This document shows positions 36,670 through 44,886 of a DNA stretch of 45,819 nt, one piece after another. How positions within the stretch are numbered: position 1 is the stretch's first letter; every line of letters starts with the position of its first letter. Made by a program: the position numbers and the translations under genes. The notes under the pieces are model-generated. The model made no database searches. It saw nothing but the letters and a program-made list of their open reading frames with translations, and was not told the origin of the DNA. The stretch comes from Bacteroidales bacterium (GTDB lineage Bacteria; Bacteroidota; Bacteroidia; Bacteroidales; UBA932), in NCBI GenBank assembly GCA_017554135.1, contig JAFZIX010000275.1, positions 1-45,819 of the forward strand, written 5' to 3'.

Positions 36670-38604
36670 ATGAAAAGCGTAAAATTCTTCCTTATGATTA
36701 TTGTTGCCGCAGCGGCAGCTTTCGTATCATGTGACAAGGAATCCCGTGTTTCCGTTCCGGGAAGTGATGCCAAGGTGCAGACCCTCACCGCATGCTTCGC
36801 TCCCGGCGAAACCAAAACTGCGTTCGTGGGCGGTACCTACATGTGGAAGACAAACGACGATATCGTCGTCCGCAGCAGTAACGCCAATGGTTACTCCACA
36901 TTCATATACACAGGTGACGACACGAATGGAGAAGCCATCTTCACCAATACTTCAGAAGATGTAATCACTTACGGGCAGAAATCATTCGCCATTTATCCTG
37001 GGAAGGTAAACGGTTCATATCCGTGCGAGGAAGACGGCTCCCTCAAGGTTGTCCTTGAGGATACCTATACCTGGGCGACGGGCAATGTGGAAGCACCGAT
37101 GCTTGCCCGTGTCGAATCCGGCGAGCCCCTCCAGTTCAAGCATCTCGGCGGATGTCTCAAGGTTACCTACAAGTATATCCCACCCAAGGCCACGAAACTG
37201 GTTATAAAAGCTCCGGTGGTAGACGCCGAGCTTCTGGCTGCAGGTAAGAATACATACAAAATCTGCAAGACCATGAACCAGACATACAACTGGACGACGG
37301 CAGGTGGAGGTTTCGATCTGGATCCGGCCAACGTTCCCTATGTCAAGGCGTACGACCATTCCGGAGATTATAAGATTACGGTCAATATTTCCGCCGCAAC
37401 GGCTGCCCAGAGGGCATCGGACGAAGGTGTTACCGTATATATTCCCCTTCCTGTGGGTCCCGTGGTCGTCAGTGAGAAGAACGTCTATCCCAAGATCCAG
37501 ATGTGGCTTGCGTTTAACGACGACTCGGTTGTGCCGGGTTCTCTCAAGACTGCCACGAATGTGCAGATAGAGCGCGCCAGCATCAAGCCGATGCAGCCCA
37601 TCGCGCTCACGAAGTACAGTGTGGCTACAATTGCTGGAAGAAACGGAACCGTGCAGAATGATCCAACAAAAAAAGTCAACGCCGAAGGCACTTCTGCAGT
37701 ATTCGGCAATGTGAGGGGATTGGTGCTGAAAGACGCAAATACCCTTTATGCCCTCGATGCAAATTGCAACATTCGAAAGGTCGATATAAGTCCTTCCGGT
37801 TCATATGCCGTAACCACTTCATATAGCGAAACGGATAAAACCAATATTTCCGTTCCGTGGCGCGGTACCATGTATAATGGTAAACTATACTTTGCAGACA
37901 AAGACAAGTCCCGACTGATAGAATACACCGAAGGTAATACCCCGGAGAACAAAAAATCTTTGTGGGGTTTTCCGTCATCAGGCAATAAATCTCCCATGGA
38001 TTTACAATTTGACTCAGAAGGCTATCCTTACGTTCCAATTCGTGATGCATTCAAGGTTTATAAACTGCCCAAAATCTTCACTGGAAGCACGCCTGCGGTC
38101 TTTGCGGATTTTTCCAGCGAAAATGCTGAGATTACAGGTGGTAAAGACATGCAGGTCAGCAGCATTTGCTTTGATTCTTCAGGTAATCTTCTTGTACTTA
38201 CCATTAATAACGGTTGCTGCCTGTTCCGTGTCACCCCGGAAGGCAATATCAAGAAAATTGCCGGAGTCGGAACAGCTGCCGGCTCATTTGACGCTGTGGT
38301 GGACGGAAACGCCTTGACGTCCGCCACATTAACGGCCAGCATGTATGGTATCGCCATCGATACCGATGGCAGCATCTTCATAGGCAACCGCTGGTGTATC
38401 AGAAAGATAACGTTCGGAGGTCCGGATTATACCGAAGGCATTGTGACAACCATTGTGGGAAATACCACAACAGGTATTGTTGATGGAGTCGGAGGCGTTG
38501 CCTCTACTAAAGAAGTTTGTGACCTTGTATTTAACTCGGATCACTCAAAACTCTATTTCTCCGAACCGAATGCCGGAGTCATACGTGTTATCACCATCGA
38601 ATAG
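36670..38604 (+). CDS. Lipoprotein: fimbrillin-like domain + NHL-like beta-propeller
   Basis: ATG 36670 (MKSVKFF), lipobox 'FVSC'; N-half paralogous to the 33779 protein; propeller 'VATIAG', 'LYFAD', 'GIAIDTDGSIFI', 'LYFSE...IRVI'. Confidence 0.82.
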   Translation: MKSVKFFLMIIVAAAAAFVSCDKESRVSVPGSDAKVQTLTACFAPGETKTAFVGGTYMWKTNDDIVVRSSNANGYSTFIYTGDDTNGEAIFTNTSEDVITYGQKSFAIYPGKVNGSYPCEEDGSLKVVLEDTYTWATGNVEAPMLARVESGEPLQFKHLGGCLKVTYKYIPPKATKLVIKAPVVDAELLAAGKNTYKICKTMNQTYNWTTAGGGFDLDPANVPYVKAYDHSGDYKITVNISAATAAQRASDEGVTVYIPLPVGPVVVSEKNVYPKIQMWLAFNDDSVVPGSLKTATNVQIERASIKPMQPIALTKYSVATIAGRNGTVQNDPTKKVNAEGTSAVFGNVRGLVLKDANTLYALDANCNIRKVDISPSGSYAVTTSYSETDKTNISVPWRGTMYNGKLYFADKDKSRLIEYTEGNTPENKKSLWGFPSSGNKSPMDLQFDSEGYPYVPIRDAFKVYKLPKIFTGSTPAVFADFSSENAEITGGKDMQVSSICFDSSGNLLVLTINNGCCLFRVTPEGNIKKIAGVGTAAGSFDAVVDGNALTSATLTASMYGIAIDTDGSIFIGNRWCIRKITFGGPDYTEGIVTTIVGNTTTGIVDGVGGVASTKEVCDLVFNSDHSKLYFSEPNAGVIRVITIE

Positions 38605-38607
38605 GCC

Positions 38608-39708
38608 ATGAAAAAACTGATTACAACGGCAATTGCCCTGCTGGCGGTACTTTCGGCGGGAGCGCAAAAGGCTCCGGAACGTGAATTCAATTATGTTGAA
38701 GCGACGGAGCTGACGATAACCGGAAAAGTGTTTCCCGATACTCCCAATCCGTATCATCGTATGGATACGGTGCGGTTCAACGCCGGATTCACCAAAGAGG
38801 AGAAATACCTGCTTAGGGACGCAGCGGGCATTGCCGTGGCATTCAGGACAGACGCCGATGAAATCCGCCTCCTTTCGAAGTACGCCCATGCGTACTTCGG
38901 AGGCGGAACCACCGGCTTCGCAGGCCGTGGCTTCGACCTGTACATAAGAAGAGATGGAATGTGGCTGTGGGCGGCATCGGCCCTTAACAACGACAACCGT
39001 CTTGAACAGCCCATGAAACTCATCCAGCATCTCCCGGAAGGCATGAAGGAATGCCTTGTATATCTTCCGGTGAGAAGCGAGATGAATTCCGTTAAAATAG
39101 GCGTCCCGGAAGATGCTCACATTGAGCCTATCCCCAATCCCTTCCGTTACAGGGTTGCCGTCTTTGGTTCCAGTTTCACCCACGGAGCCTCAACTTCCAA
39201 ATCAGGAATGGCCTATCCCTCGATTCTTTCCAGGGAAACGGGAATACAGTTTCTCAATCTTGGAGTGAGCGGCCGCTGCCGTCTTCAGGACTACTTCGCG
39301 AAGGCTCTCTGTGAAGCTCCGGATGTGGACGCCTTCCTGTTTGATACTTTCTCGAATCCCACGCCTGACGAAATCAGAGACCGCCTTTTCCCCTTTATTG
39401 AAACGCTGCAATCTTCCCATCCCGGGAAACCCCTCATCTTCCAAAAGACCATTTACAGGGAACGCCGGAATTTCAATACCGAAGCCGAAGCATATGAATC
39501 CTCCCGAATGGATTTGGTGGATTCGCTCATGCGGGTCGCATGCAAACGATATAAGGATGTGTATTACGTAAAAACCACCAATGCCACGTCTCCGGACCAT
39601 TACACCTCGGTGGACGGCACTCATCCCGGAGATTACGGATACACCCTGTGGGCTCGCTCCGTAAAAAAGCCCGTTCTCAGAATTCTCAGGAAATACGGTA
39701 TTAAATGA
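38608..39708 (+). CDS. SGNH/GDSL hydrolase with N-terminal GxDLY domain
   Basis: Signal peptide; 'GFDLY', 'YLP', 'FGSSFTHG', 'NLGVSG', 'SN', 'DGTHP'. Confidence 0.9.
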   Translation: MKKLITTAIALLAVLSAGAQKAPEREFNYVEATELTITGKVFPDTPNPYHRMDTVRFNAGFTKEEKYLLRDAAGIAVAFRTDADEIRLLSKYAHAYFGGGTTGFAGRGFDLYIRRDGMWLWAASALNNDNRLEQPMKLIQHLPEGMKECLVYLPVRSEMNSVKIGVPEDAHIEPIPNPFRYRVAVFGSSFTHGASTSKSGMAYPSILSRETGIQFLNLGVSGRCRLQDYFAKALCEAPDVDAFLFDTFSNPTPDEIRDRLFPFIETLQSSHPGKPLIFQKTIYRERRNFNTEAEAYESSRMDLVDSLMRVACKRYKDVYYVKTTNATSPDHYTSVDGTHPGDYGYTLWARSVKKPVLRILRKYGIK

Positions 39709-41816
39709 CTATGAAAAAGACACTGCTTATCGTTTCGCTCGCGCTGGTTTCCAGCCTTGCACTGGCCGGACCCGGAATTTCCGGGGCCGACAGGGAACGC
39801 GCCGCTGCGCTCGTGGCCCAAATGACTCTTGACGAGAAGATTGACTTCATCGCCGGCAAGACCGGCGGGTTCAGCACTTACGGCATTCCCCGGCTTGGCA
39901 TTCCTGCCCTGTGGATGGCCGACGGCCCCCAGGGCGTGCGCAACATAGGCAGCACCTACATCCAAAGCACATTCTACCCCTGCGGGATGTCCGCCGCCGC
40001 CAGCTGGAACCGCGACGCGATGCGCCAGATGGGGGCCGGCATCGGCTGCGCCGCCAAGGCACACGGAGTGTCCATTATGCTGGGCCCTGGCGTCAACATC
40101 TACCGCAGCGCCCTGTGCGGACGCAATTTCGAGTATTTCGGGGAGGATCCGTACCTGACCGGCGAACTGGCCTTGAGCTATATCGAAGGGATGCAGGCAG
40201 AGGGAGTGATGGCTACCATCAAGCATTTCGCCCTGAACAACCAGGAATATGCCCGCCACAAGGTAAGCTCCGAAGCCGATGAGCGTACGATGAACGAAAT
40301 CTACTTCCCCGCCTTCCGCAAGGCGGTGGAAGTGGGCGGCGTCGGCGCCGTAATGACCAGCTACAACCCGGTCAACGGGCAGCACGCGGCGGAGAATCCA
40401 TGGCTTGTCCGCGACAACCTCCGCGCCTGGGGGCATAAAGGCATTGTGATGAGCGACTGGAATTCCACCTACCGCACACTGGATTTCCTGACCTCCGGGG
40501 TGGATCTGGAGATGCCCGGCGGGACGGTGGTCAAGGCCGGTTTCATTAAGCAACTGCTTGAGAACGGGGTGATTACGGAAGACGCTCTGGACGAAAAGTG
40601 CATCAACATTCTCTCGGCTTTCTCCGCTTTCGGTTTCCTTGACGGGCCGGTGGAACCGGACCCGGCTGCCGAAGACCCTTCCCTGTCGCAGCGGCGCGCC
40701 TATGAAATCGCACTGGAAGGCCCGGTGCTGCTGAAAAACGAGGATGGAATTCTGCCGCTTAAAGGCGGCCGTAAAAACCAGATTGTGGTGATGGGCCCCA
40801 ATGCCAATGAAATCGTCTGCGGCGGCGGTTCTGGCTGGGTGAATCCGGAAGACGGAAAGGCCGTGACACTGGTGGACGGGCTCCGGAGACTGGGGAAAAA
40901 CTGGGATATCGAAGTGCTTGGGTCTCCTCAGCCGGAAGTACTGAAAAAGGCTTCCGCAGTAATAGTTTCGCTGGGCTTCAACAGCGAGACCGAAAAGGAA
41001 GACCATGACCGGTCCTACAAACTGGACAGAAGCCAGTTGACTCTGTTGGAGCGTGTCACGGCATATACGGACAAGGTGATTGTAGTTGTGAATTCCGGCG
41101 GAGAATTCGACCTGGAACCTTGGAAAGACAAGGTAAAAGCCATCATCCTGGACTGGTATCCCGGACAGGAAGGCGGCAGCGCAATGGCAGCAATCCTGAG
41201 CGGCCAGGTTTCCCCTTCGGGCCGCCTGCCCTTCACTTTCTGGGGATCGCTCAACGCCAATCCGGTTCAAAAGTGGTATAAGCCCACGCCCAATGCCTAT
41301 GCCGGAACGGGAAGGGTTTCCAGCCGTGACCAGGCGCAGTTCGCCACCTACGGGGAAGGCATATTCGTGGGGTATCGCGGAGTGGAGCATTTCGGCGTTC
41401 AGCCGCTCTATCCTTTTGGTTATGGGCTCACGTATTCGTCATTCGAGTATTCCGACGCCTCCGTAGTCCCTTCCGGGGAAGGATATGACGTATCCTTTAC
41501 AGTACGCAACACCGGCAAGGTGGCGGCGAAGGAGGTGGCGCAGGTATATGTGTCGCCCGTGAATCCGTCCGTCATGAGGCCGGACAGGGAACTTAAGGGC
41601 TTCGACAAGCAGATGATTGACGCGGGTGCTACCGCCCGCTGTACCATCCATCTGGGCCCGGAAGCTTTCAGCTATTATGACGTAAAGTCGCATAGCTGGA
41701 AAGAGGATCCCGGGGAATACCGGATTCTTATCGGCGCATCGTCGCAGAATATCCTGCTTACGGTAAACCTTGATTGGAAACGACTTTGCATAGAGCAACA
41801 GATATCCGTGCAATGA
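39705..41816 (+). CDS. Glycoside hydrolase family 3 (beta-glucosidase-like) with Fn3-like C-terminus
   Basis: 'MTLDEK', 'ADGPQG', 'LGPGVNIYR...GRNFEYFGEDP', 'KHF', nucleophile 'VMSDW', 'WYPGQEGG', 'YPFGYGLTY', 'ELKGF'. Confidence 0.95.
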   Translation: MTMKKTLLIVSLALVSSLALAGPGISGADRERAAALVAQMTLDEKIDFIAGKTGGFSTYGIPRLGIPALWMADGPQGVRNIGSTYIQSTFYPCGMSAAASWNRDAMRQMGAGIGCAAKAHGVSIMLGPGVNIYRSALCGRNFEYFGEDPYLTGELALSYIEGMQAEGVMATIKHFALNNQEYARHKVSSEADERTMNEIYFPAFRKAVEVGGVGAVMTSYNPVNGQHAAENPWLVRDNLRAWGHKGIVMSDWNSTYRTLDFLTSGVDLEMPGGTVVKAGFIKQLLENGVITEDALDEKCINILSAFSAFGFLDGPVEPDPAAEDPSLSQRRAYEIALEGPVLLKNEDGILPLKGGRKNQIVVMGPNANEIVCGGGSGWVNPEDGKAVTLVDGLRRLGKNWDIEVLGSPQPEVLKKASAVIVSLGFNSETEKEDHDRSYKLDRSQLTLLERVTAYTDKVIVVVNSGGEFDLEPWKDKVKAIILDWYPGQEGGSAMAAILSGQVSPSGRLPFTFWGSLNANPVQKWYKPTPNAYAGTGRVSSRDQAQFATYGEGIFVGYRGVEHFGVQPLYPFGYGLTYSSFEYSDASVVPSGEGYDVSFTVRNTGKVAAKEVAQVYVSPVNPSVMRPDRELKGFDKQMIDAGATARCTIHLGPEAFSYYDVKSHSWKEDPGEYRILIGASSQNILLTVNLDWKRLCIEQQISVQ

Positions 41817-42778
41817 AGAAAGTTTTGGGATTGTGGCTGCTATGCGCCTGTGCGGTTTCGTGCTGTGTGAATCATACAGCCGTAAACCGCGCCGAGGCCA
41901 TTGCCGCCGAGATTCACAATCCAACCTCAAAGTATGTTCTGGTAGCGTGCCATCGCGGCGATTGGCGCAACTGGCCGGAGAATTCCATCCCTGCCATAGA
42001 GAGCGTCATTTCCATGGGGGCCGATATCGTGGAGATTGACATTCACATGACCGCGGACTCTGTCCTGGTGCTGTGCCACGACTCCGATGTGCGTCGAACA
42101 ACCAATTTCAGGAAGGTGTTCCGGGATGATCCCGGCAAAAGCGCCAAGGTGTGCGATCTTACGCTCGCCGAGATCAAGTCCCTAAGCCTGAATCGCATGC
42201 ACCAGGCGGCGGTGATAGACACCCTCCGTATGCCCACCTTGCGGGAGGCGTTGGAGTGCACCAGGGGCCGCATCTGCGTGAATATCGACAAGGGGTATGA
42301 TTATTACGATATGGTCCTGGCACTGACGGAAGAACTTGGCGTGACCGGCCAGGTGCTCATCAAAGGCAAAAAACCTATAGAGGTTGTGAAGGCCGATATG
42401 GAAGCCCACCCGCACAATATGATGTACATGCCCATTGTGGACATCCAGAAAGAGAAGGGCAAGGCGCTGTTTGACAGCTATTTGGAACAGGGCGTTGTTC
42501 CTCTGGCCTACGAAGTGTGCTGGCAGAATAACGACGATGACGCTTTTGTATCGGCCTGCCGCCTCATCCGTGAGCAGGGCTCGAAAATCTGGGTGAACAC
42601 CATCTGGGCCAGCCTTTGCGGCGGCGACGGCAATGATGACGATGCCGCTTTTCTTGCCGGGGACCCGGGAAAAGTGTATCAGCAGTACATTGACAAGGGC
42701 GTTTCCATGATTCAGACCGACCGCCCGGAACTGCTGATAGGCTGGCTTGCCAAACACGGGCTTCATTCACTTAAATAA
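41813..42778 (+). CDS. Glycerophosphodiester phosphodiesterase (GDPD) family lipoprotein
   Basis: 'CHRG....PENS', 'VEID', 'LCHD...RTTN', 'PTLRE', 'IQTDRP'; ATG 41813 overlaps the GH3 stop (ATGA). Confidence 0.92.
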   Translation: MKKVLGLWLLCACAVSCCVNHTAVNRAEAIAAEIHNPTSKYVLVACHRGDWRNWPENSIPAIESVISMGADIVEIDIHMTADSVLVLCHDSDVRRTTNFRKVFRDDPGKSAKVCDLTLAEIKSLSLNRMHQAAVIDTLRMPTLREALECTRGRICVNIDKGYDYYDMVLALTEELGVTGQVLIKGKKPIEVVKADMEAHPHNMMYMPIVDIQKEKGKALFDSYLEQGVVPLAYEVCWQNNDDDAFVSACRLIREQGSKIWVNTIWASLCGGDGNDDDAAFLAGDPGKVYQQYIDKGVSMIQTDRPELLIGWLAKHGLHSLK

Positions 42779-42780
42779 CG

Positions 42781-44115
42781 ATGGATAATCTTCAAAAGAA
42801 ATACAAGAACTACCGGATGCAGACGTTCATAGCCGCCACGCTGGGCTATGCACTGTACTATGTATGCCGCCTGTCCATGGGTGTGATGAAGCAACCGCTC
42901 ATTGACGCGGGCCTGCTGTCGGCCACTCAGCTTGGCGTAATAGGCGCCTGCCTGTACTGGACCTATGCCGTGGGCAAACTGGTGAACGGCTTTCTTGCCG
43001 ACAGCGCCAATATCAAGCGTTTTATGGCCACCGGGATCACCATTTCCGTAGGAATGAACTTCGCTATGGGAGTGATGGGTGTGAGCGCCATGAACGGACA
43101 GATATCCAACGCGGTGCTATTTAGCGCATTCTGCCTGCTGTGGGCCGGAAACGGCTGGGCACAAAGTATGGGCGCACCGGCTTGCATCGTTTCCCTGTCC
43201 CGTTGGATGCCGCTGAAGATACGGGGAACTTTCTACGGGGTTTTCAGTGCCTCCCACAATATCGGAGAAGGTCTGTCCTTCATATTTGTCGGCGCAATAG
43301 TGGCGGCCTTCGGCTGGAAGTGGGGTTTCTTCGGTGCCGCGCTGGCGGGATTGGCGGGGCTGGTACTGGTGCTGTTGTTCTTCCACAATTCGCCGGAAAG
43401 CAAGGGGCTTGCAGCCATAGAAGTGCTTTCCGGGGAGATGACGCAGGAGGAATATGAGCAGAAGGGCAGCGAAGGCAAACCCCGGGAACAGACCCGCAGC
43501 ATGCAGCGCTCGGTAATCAAGAATCCCGGCGTATGGGTTTTGGCTGCAGCCAGTGCCTTCATGTACATGAGCCGATACGCTATAAATGAATGGGGAACAA
43601 TCTTCCTTCAGGAGGCGAAAGGCTATAATCTGGCAGAAGCGGCTACGGTTATTGGCATCAATCCGGTTTTCGGTATCATCGGCACCGTGGTATCCGGCTG
43701 GCTCTCCGATGTTCTGTTCAAAGGAGACCGAAAGTACCCCGCCCTTGTGGCAGGTGTTTTGGAGGCCATTGCCCTTGCCCTGTTCCTGTATGGCGGACCG
43801 GCTAAGTGGGTGAATATATCGGCGATGATTCTCTTCGGCATTGCCATAGGCGTACTGATTGCCTTTCTTGGCGGCCTCATGGCCATTGACCTGGTGCCCC
43901 GCAAGGCTTCCGGCGCAGCTCTTGGCATTGTTGGTATCGCTTCATATGCGGCCGCCGGCCTCCAGAACGTTATAACCGGAGTGCTGATGGACAGCAATGC
44001 CGCCTCCGGAGCACACGATTTCCATTACGTGAGCATCTTCTGGCTTGGTTCGGCAATCATTTCTTTCCTGCTGCCATTGCTGAACTGGAAGCGCAAGCCT
44101 CAAAACACCGAATAG
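42781..44115 (+). CDS. glpT: MFS organophosphate:Pi antiporter, glycerol-3-phosphate transporter-like
   Basis: 'YYVCR' and 'YMSRY' substrate arginines, 'NGWAQSMG', 'RGTF...SHNIG', 'GWLSD', 'DLVPRKASGAALG'. Confidence 0.8.
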   Translation: MDNLQKKYKNYRMQTFIAATLGYALYYVCRLSMGVMKQPLIDAGLLSATQLGVIGACLYWTYAVGKLVNGFLADSANIKRFMATGITISVGMNFAMGVMGVSAMNGQISNAVLFSAFCLLWAGNGWAQSMGAPACIVSLSRWMPLKIRGTFYGVFSASHNIGEGLSFIFVGAIVAAFGWKWGFFGAALAGLAGLVLVLLFFHNSPESKGLAAIEVLSGEMTQEEYEQKGSEGKPREQTRSMQRSVIKNPGVWVLAAASAFMYMSRYAINEWGTIFLQEAKGYNLAEAATVIGINPVFGIIGTVVSGWLSDVLFKGDRKYPALVAGVLEAIALALFLYGGPAKWVNISAMILFGIAIGVLIAFLGGLMAIDLVPRKASGAALGIVGIASYAAAGLQNVITGVLMDSNAASGAHDFHYVSIFWLGSAIISFLLPLLNWKRKPQNTE

Positions 44116-44120
44116 ATGTT

Positions 44121-44414
44121 ATGAAGAAGCCGGCCCTTTTTGTGCTTGCATTCACGATGTGTGCCGCTGCTGCCGCCCAGACCATCTGGTACGACGGTTT
44201 TCAGATGGGTTTGAGCGGCAAAGTGCTCCCTACGGAGAATCCATATCACCGGGCCGGTGCGGCGGTGCAAAAGGCGGGCGGAGAAGACAAGCCGATAACC
44301 ATGGTGGCCAACATGGACGGGAAGGAGCACGAGCGCCTGATTTACCTTCCTATGTACAGTGAGCTTAAAGTGCTGAAAATCCTTAAAAAGTATGGTATCC
44401 GCGTCGCTCGGTGA
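44121..44414 (+). pseudogene. Internally deleted SGNH-hydrolase paralog
   Basis: Three segments match the 38608 protein in order (SGKVLPTENPYHR; AGAAV...LIYLPMYSEL; VLKILKKYGI), but the GxDLY motif and the whole catalytic domain are missing. Confidence 0.8.
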
Positions 44415-44573
44415 AGAACATAGGCCACATCTCAAGCCGGTATTCCTCCTTGCGGAACCTGGAATGGCGCTGAAGTGACAGGCCGGTTTTCTGTGGCAAA
44501 ACGAGTATTGTTTTGCCGCACTTTTCTTTACGGAATTTGGACGTTTGCGAAGCATTGTTTTCCTTTGCAGTGA

Positions 44574-44726
44574 AAGTCGACGAACGCAAACCGGATTCCT
44601 TACTATCGGCCCAACGGGAAGGAAATATACTTTGACCGGGAGGAAGTGGAAAGGTGGTTGCTCTCCAACCGCCACGCTACAGATGCGGAGTTGCACTCAT
44701 TTGGCGTCATGAAGAAATTTTTGTAA
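44574..44726 (+). pseudogene. Excisionase/HTH_17-type DNA-binding protein remnant
   Basis: KSTNANRIPYYRPNGKEIYFDREEVERWLLSNRHATDAEL...*; preceded by in-frame TGA at 44571, HTH N-terminus missing; not in the ORF track. Confidence 0.8.
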
Positions 44727-44731
44727 TTTTG
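44700..44731 (+). promoter_or_regulatory. Outward-facing promoter inside the island's right end, aimed at pmm
   Basis: TTTG 44700-44703, 20 bp, TAATTTTG 44724-44731: full Bacteroidetes -33/-7 consensus. Confidence 0.65.
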
Positions 44732-44782
44732 TACGATATAGGTACGGACAGAGTGACATTGACGGCACTTTTTTATCTCCGG

Positions 44783-44802
44783 TTTTGTTACCCGTTTGTT
44801 AC
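44783..44802 (+). promoter_or_regulatory. Putative integrase arm-type binding sites (right)
   Basis: ttttgttacccgtttgttac, identical to 11994-12013. Confidence 0.75.
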
Positions 44803-44861
44803 CCAACTCCACTTAATAATAGCATAAAAGGTTTAGAATTAATAACTTAATCGATACATTC

Positions 44862-44886
44862 AATATGGGTGCATTTCACGCTTATG
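44862..44886 (+). repeat. attR core: 25-bp direct repeat
   Basis: aatatgggtgcatttcacgcttatg, identical to 11839-11863. Confidence 0.95.

Larger units (their letters stand above)
11839..44886. mobile_element. ~33-kb integrative genomic island (decayed tyrosine-integrase element) inserted in the 5' end of the phosphomannomutase gene
   Basis: 25-bp direct repeats at both ends, paired 20-bp arm-like repeats, integrase remnant at the left end, excisionase remnant at the right end; removing it would rejoin folE directly to pmm. Confidence 0.92.

Noticed and set aside
23041-41390. Long antisense ORFs (23041-24414, 26139-27749, 39633-41390 and others)
   Set aside because: They lie opposite well-supported genes with strong C/G third-position bias, which suppresses antisense stops; no recognisable motifs
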